DNA of 64,000 nucleotides from Gracilinanus agilis (taxonomy: Eukaryota), in assembly GCF_016433145.1 (NCBI RefSeq), contig NC_058133.1, positions 518,178,263-518,242,262 on the forward strand. The letters run 5' to 3'. The first letter of the stretch is position 1. Every line of letters begins with the position of its first letter. Of the stretch, positions 26,250-37,570 are shown piece by piece. The notes under the pieces were generated by a model. The model saw nothing but the letters and a program-made list of their open reading frames with translations. It made no database searches and was not told the DNA's origin. Both the position numbers and the translations under genes were made by a program.

Positions 26250-28182
26250 TCTCAGATTATATGGTTTTAGATATGTTATAATAACCTAGGAAAAGCCACT
26301 TCGATGAAGAAATGAATAATTGAATGAAGTCTTTATTAAATCCTTACTATATACAAAACACTGTTCTTTTCTTGACCTCATCTGTTAAATGAGGGAATGA
26401 CTCTATGTGAGTCCCAAAGGTGCTTCACAGATCTTTGAAGAATAAAAGTCCCTCTGATTTCAGGCTTTATTCATTCAGTCACATCTATCTATCCAGCTGG
26501 AACAACAAACAGCTAGCACATAAAACCCACAAGAAGGGTTCTTGGATTCTTTTCTGATGGCTGGCTTATTTTTCTGCTATTTTCAGTCAAGTTGGCCTTA
26601 AAAGAGGCAAAGAAAAATAAAGAGGGGTAAGATGTCTTAATGCATGCTGGATGGCCATGGGCTGTTGGTGCTCTTAGGTAGTTCTCTTATCTGTAAAAAT
26701 GGAGATAATACCCACAGATCCTTCCTCCCAGGGTTACTGTGAGGCTAAAGTGAGATGACTTTGCAGTCTATAATGTAAACATGTTAAAAATGGCAATTGT
26801 TTTTAATTCAAAGGCTATTGTTTTGGGATGAACCTTCTGCAATATAATTATTTTGTTGAGACCATTCTGTCTCTTCCTTCTCTAAACCACCAATAGGATT
26901 ATTGGTCTTTCCTTTGCTAAGTGTCTTGGTCATTTTTTGGAATAACGATCTCAGCCATCATTAGTTGTTTTGTTTTGTTTTTCTTTCTGGGAGAGGGACA
27001 TTTGCTCTTGGAAGCATTTTCTTAGGCTCCAAGCCAAAAAATAAAATAAATGATTGATGGGCTCCTGCCACTCTGGGATCTTGGGACACTTGCTTTTCTG
27101 TGCTATGTCCAGATTGCTCCAGGAGTATTTACATGGCACGCAGCTACTCTGTTTACTTAACCACACAGCAGGCATACAGACTCTGAGTGTGATATGTGTG
27201 AAGGATGCAAAATTTGTTTTCCTGCTGAGAAGATTTTCCATGGATATTTATTCTAGGGTAGGAGAAATCATACAGATTCTCCCCTCCCCCAGGATTTTCA
27301 CACAAAGTCAGTCACTAAACAACCTACATTTGACCTACTCTGGATTTATTAAGGGAGCAGTTAGGTACTTTTTAATAGGATTCTCCTGCCTTGTCCTGAG
27401 CTAGAAGGATTACATTGGCTCAGGAACTCAAAGGCTTCTTTGTGTCAGGGGTCCTTTATCTGGAATCTTTGAAATTCAAAATAAAAGGATGAGTATATTT
27501 CAATTATTATTGAATCCATTAATTCAATAATACAATTATCAAAATTAGCATTTTCAATCTTCTGTATTTAAGCTATTTAAGAACATTCTTCTGAGAAGGT
27601 GTCCATGGGTTTCACCAGGGTATCACCAGACTATTACTTGCCAACGACACATAAAATGTGAAGACCCCAGCCAGGCCTCATCTTAGTCTTGTACATGTGT
27701 TTCTCTCAAGAAGCTACAGATTTTTAGGTAATTCCTAGAAAGCATTTCTTCATCATCCAATTCAGTGGTTAGTGATCACTCACTTCAATTGTGGATAGTA
27801 AATAGTGGAGAAAAAAAATTCACAAACACAATATAGCTTGCCATACTGACTTCCCTTTTGGACTCTTCATGCCTTTGAGCATTCTGTCCTCCATGCCTAG
27901 CATACAATCCCTCTCCTACCAATTTCCAGGATCTGTCAAAGCTCTTCTCAGGTGCTACCTTCCACGTGGATCCTCTCCTGATCCACCCATTTGTTGTTTC
28001 CCTAATTTGTTTGGTTAGGGAACCTGAGGAGGGAATCTGAGAAGGAAGAAACTAAATATGAATGAAAGTGTGTAATAGCTAGGTAGCACAGGCATGGCTA
28101 TCAACCCACTAATACAGGCAGGGAAGCCCATAGGTGTGGCATCCCTAAGTAATGTAGTACTGACACCATAACCCCTGCTTCT

Positions 28183-28214
<32 letters not shown>

Positions 28215-28299
28215 CTCATCTAGTCCTAACAGGTCTAGGTATGGAGAATGGAAGTTAGTCTATGTGCCATCATGGTACTACAATTCAACTCTTAAGGTC

Positions 28300-29400
28300 C
28301 TAGAGATAATCTCAGTATGGAATAATACATTGCTCTTATTCATTGCTACATCTCTTGTGATTCCAACAGTGTGCTTTCTATTTTCACAAAATTAGTCCCA
28401 ATGACAATATTAACACTTAATTATGAAATATTTACTAAGCAAGAAAAGCAATAATAATTGGGTCATACTTTCCCACAAATGTCCATAGTGGAGAATGGGC
28501 ATAGACATTGAAACCTTTCATAGAGTTCTCTTATTCTGTTCCTGGGGCAACTCACAATTCTGGACTGCAGGCCTTGATGCCTTTGGTCTCTTGAGAGAAC
28601 AATCTGTACCACACATGACCTGCTGGTCAAGACTACTTCTCTGAAACTCTTGGGTTGCTAAATCAGTGTCAGACACTTTTAGCACAAAGCTACTCTTAAC
28701 AGGGTCCTGATAAAGTGTTAACCTATTTCAGTGAAAAGCAATTCCATTAAGCCAGAAAAGTTTAAAAAAAAAAAAAAACCTCTTCAGATGTTCTCTTGGG
28801 GCTCTAAAAAGTTTCTCCCTCTCAATCCAGAGATGGCTTGTTCTGGGTAGTGGAATCTAATACTGTCAGTCACATGAGATATTTCCCATTTCTAAAGATG
28901 TAGGTGGTGATAAAGGGCAATAAGCCTAGGAACTTCTCTTCCAGCAGCCAAATTCTGATTTCCTCCAATCAGCTTTCAGCATCTACTAAGAAAGGCAGCT
29001 ACTAAAACTATCTGATTTTAGTCAGTATTCTCAGCTTACTTAATCAGAAGTCTCTTTTATCTTCTGATTCTTTTACTCTTTGCTCCTTTCAAACATCAGC
29101 GGGAAGTCTTCATCATCAGCTTCCCTCTTCAAATGGAAGCTAATGTATCTTTGGTGCCCAGCTTCTGACTCCTCCTGCACTTCGCTTCTGCCTGATTTCC
29201 CTTCCCCAAGATAGAAGAACCTCCCTTTATATTATTAATTCATTCCCGATGTTGAAGAACCTAAAGTTCACAATTCTATCACCTGTCATACAAAAATATA
29301 CAATTTCTTCATAGGTCCTACACAATTCCTTGATTGTTTTTTAAGATTTAACCTTCAAAATTCTGAAAATAGTCCGTGGAAATGAGCTGGTGGCAATAGT
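28300..29400 (-). mobile_element. Second ancient CR1/L3 fossil (ORF1 to ORF2 junction)
   Basis: REVPRLIALYHH-like ORF1 remnant, followed by ggtttcaatgtctatg (GFKCLY-like) and gttggaatcaca (IGIT-like) ORF2 motifs. Heavily decayed. Confidence 0.5.
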
Positions 29401-29459
29401 GCATTGAAGAAATCCCAAGTTCATTTGCATGTGTATCTTTCAGCTGCCTTCAAATAGAT

Positions 29460-29653
29460 CAGCGATTCCCAAAGTGGGTGCTACCGCCCCCTGGTGGGTG
29501 CTGCAGCAATCCAGGGAAGCAGTAATGGCCATAGGTGCATTTATCTTTCCTATTAATTGCTATTATTTTTTTTAAAAAATCAATTTCCAGGGGGCTAAGT
29601 AATATTTTTTTCTGGAAAGGGGGCGGGAGGCCAAAAAAGTTTGGGAACCACTG
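29460..29653 (+). mobile_element. hAT (Charlie-like) MITE, family A copy 2
   Basis: Same TIRs, about 90% similar to copy 1 by eye; perfect 8-bp TSD aaatagat. Confidence 0.92.
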
Positions 29654-29829
29654 AAATAGATCCTCTCCCCATATTTATTTGAGGGGCAGTTGATATTGGC
29701 ATATTTATTTTAACATTGGCCCCCTCAGATGCAAGATTGCACAATACTCATCAGAAAAAGAGAAGATGAGTTGGGCTGGTTGGTAGTTCATAACTGTGCT
29801 GAGGGATTAAGGATAACATAAAGAAGAAT

Positions 29830-30720
29830 TATTCCATTATCATTTTGCTTTGTTTTTTCTCTGCTAAGAGGAGTGATTTTTAGAATGAGAAAGAACATAA
29901 AAAATGGTTAACAAGGGATCACAATTTCAGATAAAGAAATTCAAATCACCAGGCCCAGATGGACTAGATTACAGTGAAGTGAAAGGATAACTGTGACTTG
30001 AGTCTTGGGCAGCAATATTTACAAAACTATAAGAAACAGGAACAATATTAAAATACAAGAGAAGGGCAGAATTTGCCATGATTTTTCAAAAGAAGCAAAA
30101 GTCTGATATCAATAGGAAGGCAGAATTAGCTTCTATTTTTGTAACAATTCTAGGATACATTATTAAAAGGATGTTTAGAAAACACATAGAAAGGGAAACA
30201 ATCAACTACATGGTGTCATCAAGAACAAATAAGGTACAGCCTAACAATTTCATTTTTTAAAAGCTGCACTATCAAAGAATTGGAAATGAAGAGGATGTTC
30301 ATCATTTGGGGAATGGCTGAACAAATTGTGGTGCATGTTGGTGAATGAATACTATTGTGCCATACAAAATGACAAGCAAGATGATTTCAGAAAAAGCTGA
30401 AAAAATCTGCAGGAACTGATGCAGAATGAAATAAGTAGAACTGGGAGAATATTGTACACAATAACAGCAATATAGTGTGATGATTGTCTGTGAAAACTTG
30501 ACTACTCTCAGCAATATAATGATATGGGACAATCCTGAAAGACTCATGGCAAGGAATGCTATCCACCTCCAGAGAAAGAACTGTGGGAGTCATCTTTCAC
30601 ATTAGTGTATTTATGATTTTTATTTTGCAGTTTTGGTTATGCATGATCATCCTTTTTTTATGCAATAAGACTATTAAAATAGAAACCACTGCCTAGCCGA
30701 TGGGAGGAATGATGGACATC
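29830..30720 (+). mobile_element. LINE-1 fragments (ORF2 and 3'UTR)
   Basis: ggaaatgaagaggatgttcatcatttggggaatggctgaacaaattgtgg...aatgctatccacctccagagaaagaactg. Confidence 0.75.
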
Positions 30721-30821
30721 AGAATCACAATTTGTACTAGGTTCTAAATGTTATTTTATTCTTTAAAAAAAAAGATCCTTCAAGTTATAGCCTATCTTCT
30801 TTTGGTTTTAGACAATGTTTA

Positions 30822-30859
<38 letters not shown>

Positions 30860-31022
30860 ACATGAATATAACATGAACATATACATTCTTTGTATCCTCA
30901 GCACTTGTGCTTTGAACTTAGCAAACAATTAATAAATGCTTACTTGATTGATTGAACCATCAATTATAATTTGATTTCATCAAAAATGTATTTGTTCTAT
31001 TACCTTACTTTTCCATCACAAA

Positions 31023-31023
31023 A

Positions 31024-31079
<56 letters not shown>
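31023..31079. repeat. Compound (CA)n(GA)n microsatellite
   Basis: Visible directly. Confidence 0.95.
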
Positions 31080-31082
<3 letters not shown>

Positions 31083-32763
31083 TCTGCCAATGAAGTATAG
31101 CCCTCCCATTTCTTGAGCTAAAAACATTGGCTCCATGACTTTCACTGCTAATGGCAATTTGAAACCTTGACATCCAACCCCAGCCCACTTTCCCCAACTC
31201 ACTAATGTAGAGATATGTCGGAAGTCATTAAGGTCTGGTGCGCACATTGTACCAAGCTCAGCTCTAGCTGCTCACCACTTCCCTTCATTGCTCAGGTCTG
31301 CATTTTTTCCCCTTCACTTTCCTTTATTCTGGATACAAATGGTCTTTCTTTTTACTGAGGAGGGCCCAGTGGGTGGGAATTTACTCCAGAGGTTAATTAG
31401 TGCCCCCAGTGCCTGGCCTTCCATTCATCATGCTGATCGTCAGCAGAAATGTCAGTGGCCAGATCCCAATAAGCCTACACTGAGATTGGATTATTTGACC
31501 TGAGTTTGCAATAAAGACTGTGATTATAAGTTATAGGACAATAGATCAGAGCTCAGAAACCAGCTATCCCAACCCCCTGACTTTTCACATAAGGGAACTG
31601 AGGCTAGGGGATGTGAAGAAGTGATTTTCCTAATGTCATCCAGGTAATGAGAAGTAGAGTCAGAAGTTAAACTCTGGTTGCATGGTCCCAAGTTCGGAGC
31701 TCTTTCCACTGTACCACAATTGGACTGTATCCATATAAAGTTGTTTTTAATAATATCTGCTAAAGTGAGTTTTTGTTTTTGGTGGTGGTGGTAGGGGTAG
31801 TATTCACGACCTGTGACTTCATCAGTTTGGGGATTCCTGTGGATGAGATCCCACCTATCAAACCAAGTCGTAACTCTCACACAATTTCATCTTAGAGAAT
31901 TGCCAACATTATTGAGAGGATACATGACTAACTCAGACATAGCCTGTGTATTGTCAAAGATAGGATTTGAACTCAGATATCCCTGACTGAAGATCACTCT
32001 CTGTTCAATGTCACTTTCCCCATGATAAGGATAAATGATAAACAATACATCCACATACAGCAGACTCATGGATGTACAAGGATAGGTCATTGAATAATCC
32101 AGTTAAGAAGTATAATGGTAATTTATTTTTAAAGGGTCTAATTTTGCTAGAATCAAAGAATTTCTAAGTTGGAACAGACCTTGAAGGACACTTTGTCGTA
32201 CCTGTCCCTGAACTGAAATCCTCTTTGCAACATTTCCCCACAAAGAGTTACCCAGTCTTTATTCAAAAGCTACCAGTATTAGTGACCATCCTTGTTCAGG
32301 TCACCATCTTTACTTCTGTCTTGGAATCTTTTTCTTTAACTCTTTACTTCTGTCTTAGAATTTATACTAAGTTATTGTTTCTAAGGCAGAAGAATGGTAA
32401 GGGCTAGGCAACTGGGGGTGGGGAGAGGTAAGTGACTTCCCAGGGTCATCCATCTTCCCTGGAAACTTGAGGTAAGAAATTTTCACTTATATTTTTGGGT
32501 AGCATAGTACTTGGCACATTTTAGGTACTTAATAAATACTTACTGAATGAATGAACAAATAAAAAAATGGTTGGACAGATGATTGAATGAATGAATGAAT
32601 GAATACAAAGTACACAATTATGATCCTTGGGTTGGGCCAAGTCAAATGAAGTCAATTAGAACCTTAAGGTCAAACAGACTGAAATGTGAAGTATAATAAA
32701 TAAATTAATAAGTAGATAAGTAGATAGATGGATGGAGAGATAGTAGATAGATGACAGATGGGG

Positions 32764-32982
32764 NNNNNNNNNNNNNNNNNNNNNNNNNNNNNNNNNNNNN
32801 NNNNNNNNNNNNNNNNNNNNNNNNNNNNNNNNNNNNNNNNNNNNNNNNNNNNNNNNNNNNNNNNNNNNNNNNNNNNNNNNNNNNNNNNNNNNNNNNNNNN
32901 NNNNNNNNNNNNNNNNNNNNNNNNNNNNNNNNNNNNNNNNNNNNNNNNNNNNNNNNNNNNNNNNNNNNNNNNNNNNNNNNNN
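32764..32982. other. Assembly gap (219 N) in intron 3, next to an AGAT/GGAT repeat
   Basis: N run. Confidence 1.
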
Positions 32983-33039
32983 ATGTTCATAATCTCTCTT
33001 GGCTTCATGATTCATGAGGACTAACTAATCAGGAAAAAA

Positions 33040-33620
33040 AAAAACTTGCCTAAAAATTCCTAGAATAATGCTATACTTTTGGACCCAGAAATTCCACTGC
33101 TAGGTCTATACCCTGATGTTGTCAATAACAAAAAGAAAAACTCCACATATATAACAAAATATTTATAGCAGGGCTTCTTTCAAAGCAAAGATTGGAAGCA
33201 AAGTAGAGTCCCAATGACCGAAAAATGGTGATGATGGAATATTGTGAGATTATAAGATATGATTAATATGATTAGTACAGAAAAGAATCAAAAGAATTAT
33301 ATGAACTGATACAAAGCAAACAGAATGAGCTAAACAATCTTTACAATAACCCTAACATAATCTGACTGCTATGAAATTATAGTGACCAAGCTTGGTCCAA
33401 TGAAGAAACAAAGATACTTCCTTCCCCATTTTGAAGTGGGGGGAGGCTACAGACATGGAGCACTACCGATGTCTGACATTTTGCACTGATTAATTTTGGT
33501 GAGCTATTTCCCCCCAACCCCTTTTTTCTTCTCTGTTATAAGACACGGCTCTGGGGAGGAGGGAGGGATCCACGGGGAAATGTAGCTGATGTAAAACCAA
33601 CAGCTATTGGTAAATTTTAA
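33040..33620 (+). mobile_element. Old LINE-1 3' end fragment
   Basis: tactttttggacccag-like aaattccactgctaggtctataccc L1 ORF2 3' motif. Confidence 0.65.
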
Positions 33621-33882
33621 AAATATAAACCAAACAGGTCTGAGCCTATGATAGGCGAATCAAAACGCTTTGGAACAATAGTGTAGACCTGAGACTCAAC
33701 CCCAGCCGCCCCCTTCCTTTGCTCACAATCATGCTTAATCTTACGGTTCTTTAGTTACAAAAGGAGGCGCCCCCCCCCCGTTAGGGAAAGCCCTTTAGGA
33801 ATCAATAATGACTAAAGAGCAGAGCCATCTTTGCAAGCGTGCTAGACAGACTCCAACGAGAAAGCATGCCTGAAGCGTTAAC

Positions 33883-33995
33883 CTGGAGGAGAAGTTCACC
33901 CTCGGGCACAATTCTGCCTGCCCGTCGCCAGCTTCGGTCCCCTTCGTGGCTGGGGCTTGCGGACCACTCCTTGGCGCAGCAGCTCTTCCGGGTGA
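33883..33995 (-). CDS. AHR1B: AHR-family exon 3 (113 nt): TRKSCCAKEWSASPSHEGDRSWRRAGRIVPEGELLLQ
   Basis: Acceptor ttcactgcag, donor CAG|gttaac. Ends in the conserved EGELLLQ. Phase 1 start and phase 0 end, as in AHR exon 3. Confidence 0.9.
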
Positions 33996-35529
33996 CTGCA
34001 GTGAAGCAAAGAAAAGTATTTCAGTGCTGAGCTAATGTTTACCGAGTAACTGCTGGGAATGTCAGCTTCTTTTACGCACGCCTCATTCACAGTTTGTGTG
34101 GGGCCAGACTTCTCCAAAAGGAAGCCGGCATTACATTACACACACAGTAGGTGCTCAGCACATGTCAGCTGGACGCACGGGCTTCCTGTTATTCAGCAGA
34201 TGAGGGGATTGTTCCGGATGATGGGTTTCCCTGGCTCTTCTGTTTGTGGACAGGATATAGAGGAGAGATCTGCTTAAGAACATCATCCTTTGTGGATGCC
34301 ACAAGACTAGGAACAGAGAAAACGCCGGCCAGCCTGGCCAGTGGGAGGAAGGATGGAGAGCAAAACCACAGTGTGCACTAGGTTCTAAATGTGATTTTCT
34401 TTTTAAAAAACAAAATGAAATCGTAAGCCCCCAATTCTCTCCTTTCCATTTCCACGGCTGCCATGCCAGCTCCTTTCCCTGTGCCTAAACCAGAGACCAG
34501 GCTCACCTCACAGTCAGTGCCCTCTTCTCCATACCACTCCCTTCCAAAGAAGTATATTCAACTGCACAGTCAGATGAGTATCTTTAAAGCAAAATTCTGT
34601 CACCTTTCACATCAAAAACTTCTATAGATCCCAATTGCCCATCAGATAAACGACCCAGTTCTTGGCCTCACAATTAGAAAGCAAAGCAAGGTGATCTGAT
34701 GATAGGCTTTGTATCCCCAGCGCTGAGCACAATGCCTGGCACATAGTGGGCACTTCATAAATGTCTGTTGGCTGATAACACGATACACTGTAAATAGCAC
34801 TGAAGTTACGGAGAAAGGAAATGAAGTCCAAGTCAGAATCTGATACTTTCTAGCTGTGTGATCTTGGCTAAGTTCATCAGCCTGCTTCATTTCACTCCCA
34901 TTCTGGTCTTCACACCAATTCCTCCATAGAGAGTGGCTCAATAAATCTAATGACCCAGGGGCACACTCACCATTTCTGTAACTTTCTGGACTAAAAGAAC
35001 CCTCCATATCCACCACTCCCTTGTGAGTACTGTCCACTCACTCCATTAGAATATGAGATTCTGAAGAGCAGGGATTGTCTTTGCTTTTTTATTTTTTAAT
35101 TTTATTTTTATCACTAGTCCTTAGAGTAGTTGGACACGCAGTAAGTGCTAAAGAAGTATTTTTTTCATTCACTCACTCATTCATTCATTCACTGATCCAT
35201 TTTTCACTTTCATTTATTTGAGGACCACTATCATATCTCTATTTTTAAAGAAATTATTTATTTTTGGTAATATTTAAAATAATAAGATATTCAGCTAGCT
35301 CCTTCCTTCTGTTCCCCTCCCTCCATTTGATTAAAAAAATGTCTATTTAAAAAACTTTTAGCTTCTGTCTCAGAATTGACACTAAGGCACAAGAATGGTA
35401 AGGGCTAGGCAACTGGGGTTGAGTGAATTGCCCAGAATCATATATCTCCCTGGAATCTTGAGGGCAAGAAATTTTCACTTATGTATTTGTGTCCCTGGCA
35501 TCTAGCAAACTGTGGCTTACTTATTTCTA

Positions 35530-36580
35530 TTTATCAGTTCTTTCTTTAGAAGTAGACATAAACAAGTTATTGCTCAAAGAATATTTCTGTTACTATATAT
35601 ATATATATATATAATGTTTTCTTGGTTTGGCTGCTTTCCCTCTTCATAATTCATGTAGGTCTTTCCATGTTTTTGCAAGATTAACCTGTTCATCATTCTT
35701 ATGATGTAGTTGTATCCCATCACCATTATAAACCACAACTTGTTGAGCTATTCCCCAATTGATGGGCATCCCTTTAATTGCCACCACAAAGAGATCTGCT
35801 ATAAATATTTTAGAACATATAGTTCCTTTTCCTTTTTCCTTGATGGCCTTAGGAAATAATAAGTTATTGCTGGGTCAGAAGTTTTATAACATAGTTTTAT
35901 AACTCTTTGAGTATAACTCCAGATTGCTCTCCAAAATAGTTAGATCATTTCACAGTTTCACCAACAATATATTAGTGTCTCCATTTTTCCACATCCCCTC
36001 CAACATTTGTCATTTTCCTCTTTTATCATTTTAGCCAATCTAATGGGTGTGAGATATCTCAGAGTTGTTTTGATTTGCATTTCTCTAAATTACAAAGATT
36101 CAGAACATTTTTCATATAATCATACAAAGCTTTTGATTTGAAACTATCTGTCCATATGCTTTGGCCATTTATCAATTGAGGCTCATATTCTTATATGTTT
36201 GTCAAAATTTCCTATGTATTTTAGATATGAGACTTCTATTTGAGAAACTGTCTATAAATTTTCTCCCAACTTATTGTTCTTTTTATTTTGGGTACATTAG
36301 TTTTATTTGTGTAAAACTTTTCAATTTTATGTAATCAAAATGATTCATTTTGCATTTCATAATCTATCTCTTATTTTTATGTCTCTTGTTCAAATATTTT
36401 TCTCTTATCCATAAATCTGACAGATAACATGTTCCCTATTCTAATTTGCTTATAATATCTCTCTTTATACCCAGGTCATGTATTCATTTTTATCTTAACT
36501 TGGTAAATGGTGTAAGATATTGGTCTATTTCTAATTTCTGCCAAACTACTTCATATCTCTTCTGAATACTTTATTTTCCA
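35530..36580 (-). mobile_element. LINE-1 ORF2 3' / 3'UTR fragment
   Basis: ttttccacatcccctccaacatttgtc...ttagccaatctaatgggtgtgagatatctcagagttgttttgatttgcatttctct is L1 sequence in antisense. Confidence 0.8.
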
Positions 36581-36639
36581 GATTGAACATACTGAGTTCC
36601 TTTAGCTAATTGTATTACAACATGGCATATAGTCCTCTC

Positions 36640-37570
36640 ACCATCCTATTTATATCAGGCTTCATAGTAATAAACAATTTTCACATACATTGTCAAACAT
36701 GCTTATATCACCCTAATCCTTCAGGCTCACTTGAGCTTGGTATCTTCTCAAGTTATCATTCTCCTACCCTTCTCTTACCATTAAGTGCCAAACATCTTGG
36801 AGAACCTAAACTATGCCCACTGCTTCTACTTCCTCACCACCTACTATTTTCTCAATCAACTGCAATTTGGATTCTGGGGCCATCACATTGGATTGAAGTC
36901 AGAGGACCTTGGTTTTGGGTACAGGTTATCAAAAATATATTCTCAACAATTTCATCTATTTTTTACACTCTCCCTCACAAACTGAATTTATTGCCAAAAC
37001 TTCAACAATTTTATTCTGCAGTTGACTCCCAGATGAGTAATGGTACACCTGACTTCTCCCAGAGACCTCTTGACTCCCAATTTCCCATCTCCATATGCCT
37101 CTATGATATCTCCACCTCATTCTCCCACCTCAAATCTCAGTCTATTCTTCCAGTCTCAAAGAGACTAATAATCTCACTTTATTAGAGTTTATGCAATATT
37201 CCTTTTCTCAAGAAGAGGGGGCCACTTCACCATAGATAAGAATTCCTGCATGGAGAGGAATAAGTACAATCAGCTTCTGTTCTACATTGGTTAACAGCCC
37301 AGGCAGTCTTTTGCCTTAGTCACAGATTATATGCCAGAAGCAGATCTTGACCTCAAGTCTTCTGGGCTGGAATGAAGACCTTCTGATTTACAACTGTAGC
37401 CTTCCCTCTGTGTTGCTTTCCTCCTTTAATTGTGAGGTGTTTGAGACTTGCAGACTCACTTTTCTATTTGTATCCCTAACATTTAGCACAGTGATTTGCA
37501 TGAAGGAAGTCTTTATTAAGTGCTTCATTCATTTATTCATTCATTCATTCATTCATTCATTCCAATAGCC
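36640..37570 (+). mobile_element. L2 LINE fragment(s)
   Basis: C/T-rich L2 ORF2 remnant (ctacttcctcaccacctac...actgcaatttggattc) with a catt-repeat 3' end. Confidence 0.6.

Larger units (their letters stand above)
2777..33995 (-). other. AHR1B: Aryl hydrocarbon receptor paralog (AHR1/AHR1B-type), span of coding exons 3-11; exons 1-2 not located in window
   Basis: Nine exons splice GT-AG in phase into a 2723-nt stop-free frame (906 full codons plus stop) encoding PAS-A, PAS-B and a transactivation domain. Paralog assignment rests on recalled motif similarity, not a phylogeny. Confidence 0.85.

Noticed and set aside
32656-33024. Four ORFs of 88-119 aa
   Set aside because: They are artefacts of translating through the N gap.
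36610-37185. 191-aa plus-strand ORF
   Set aside because: It overlaps a C/T-rich L2 remnant and has no protein-like motif.
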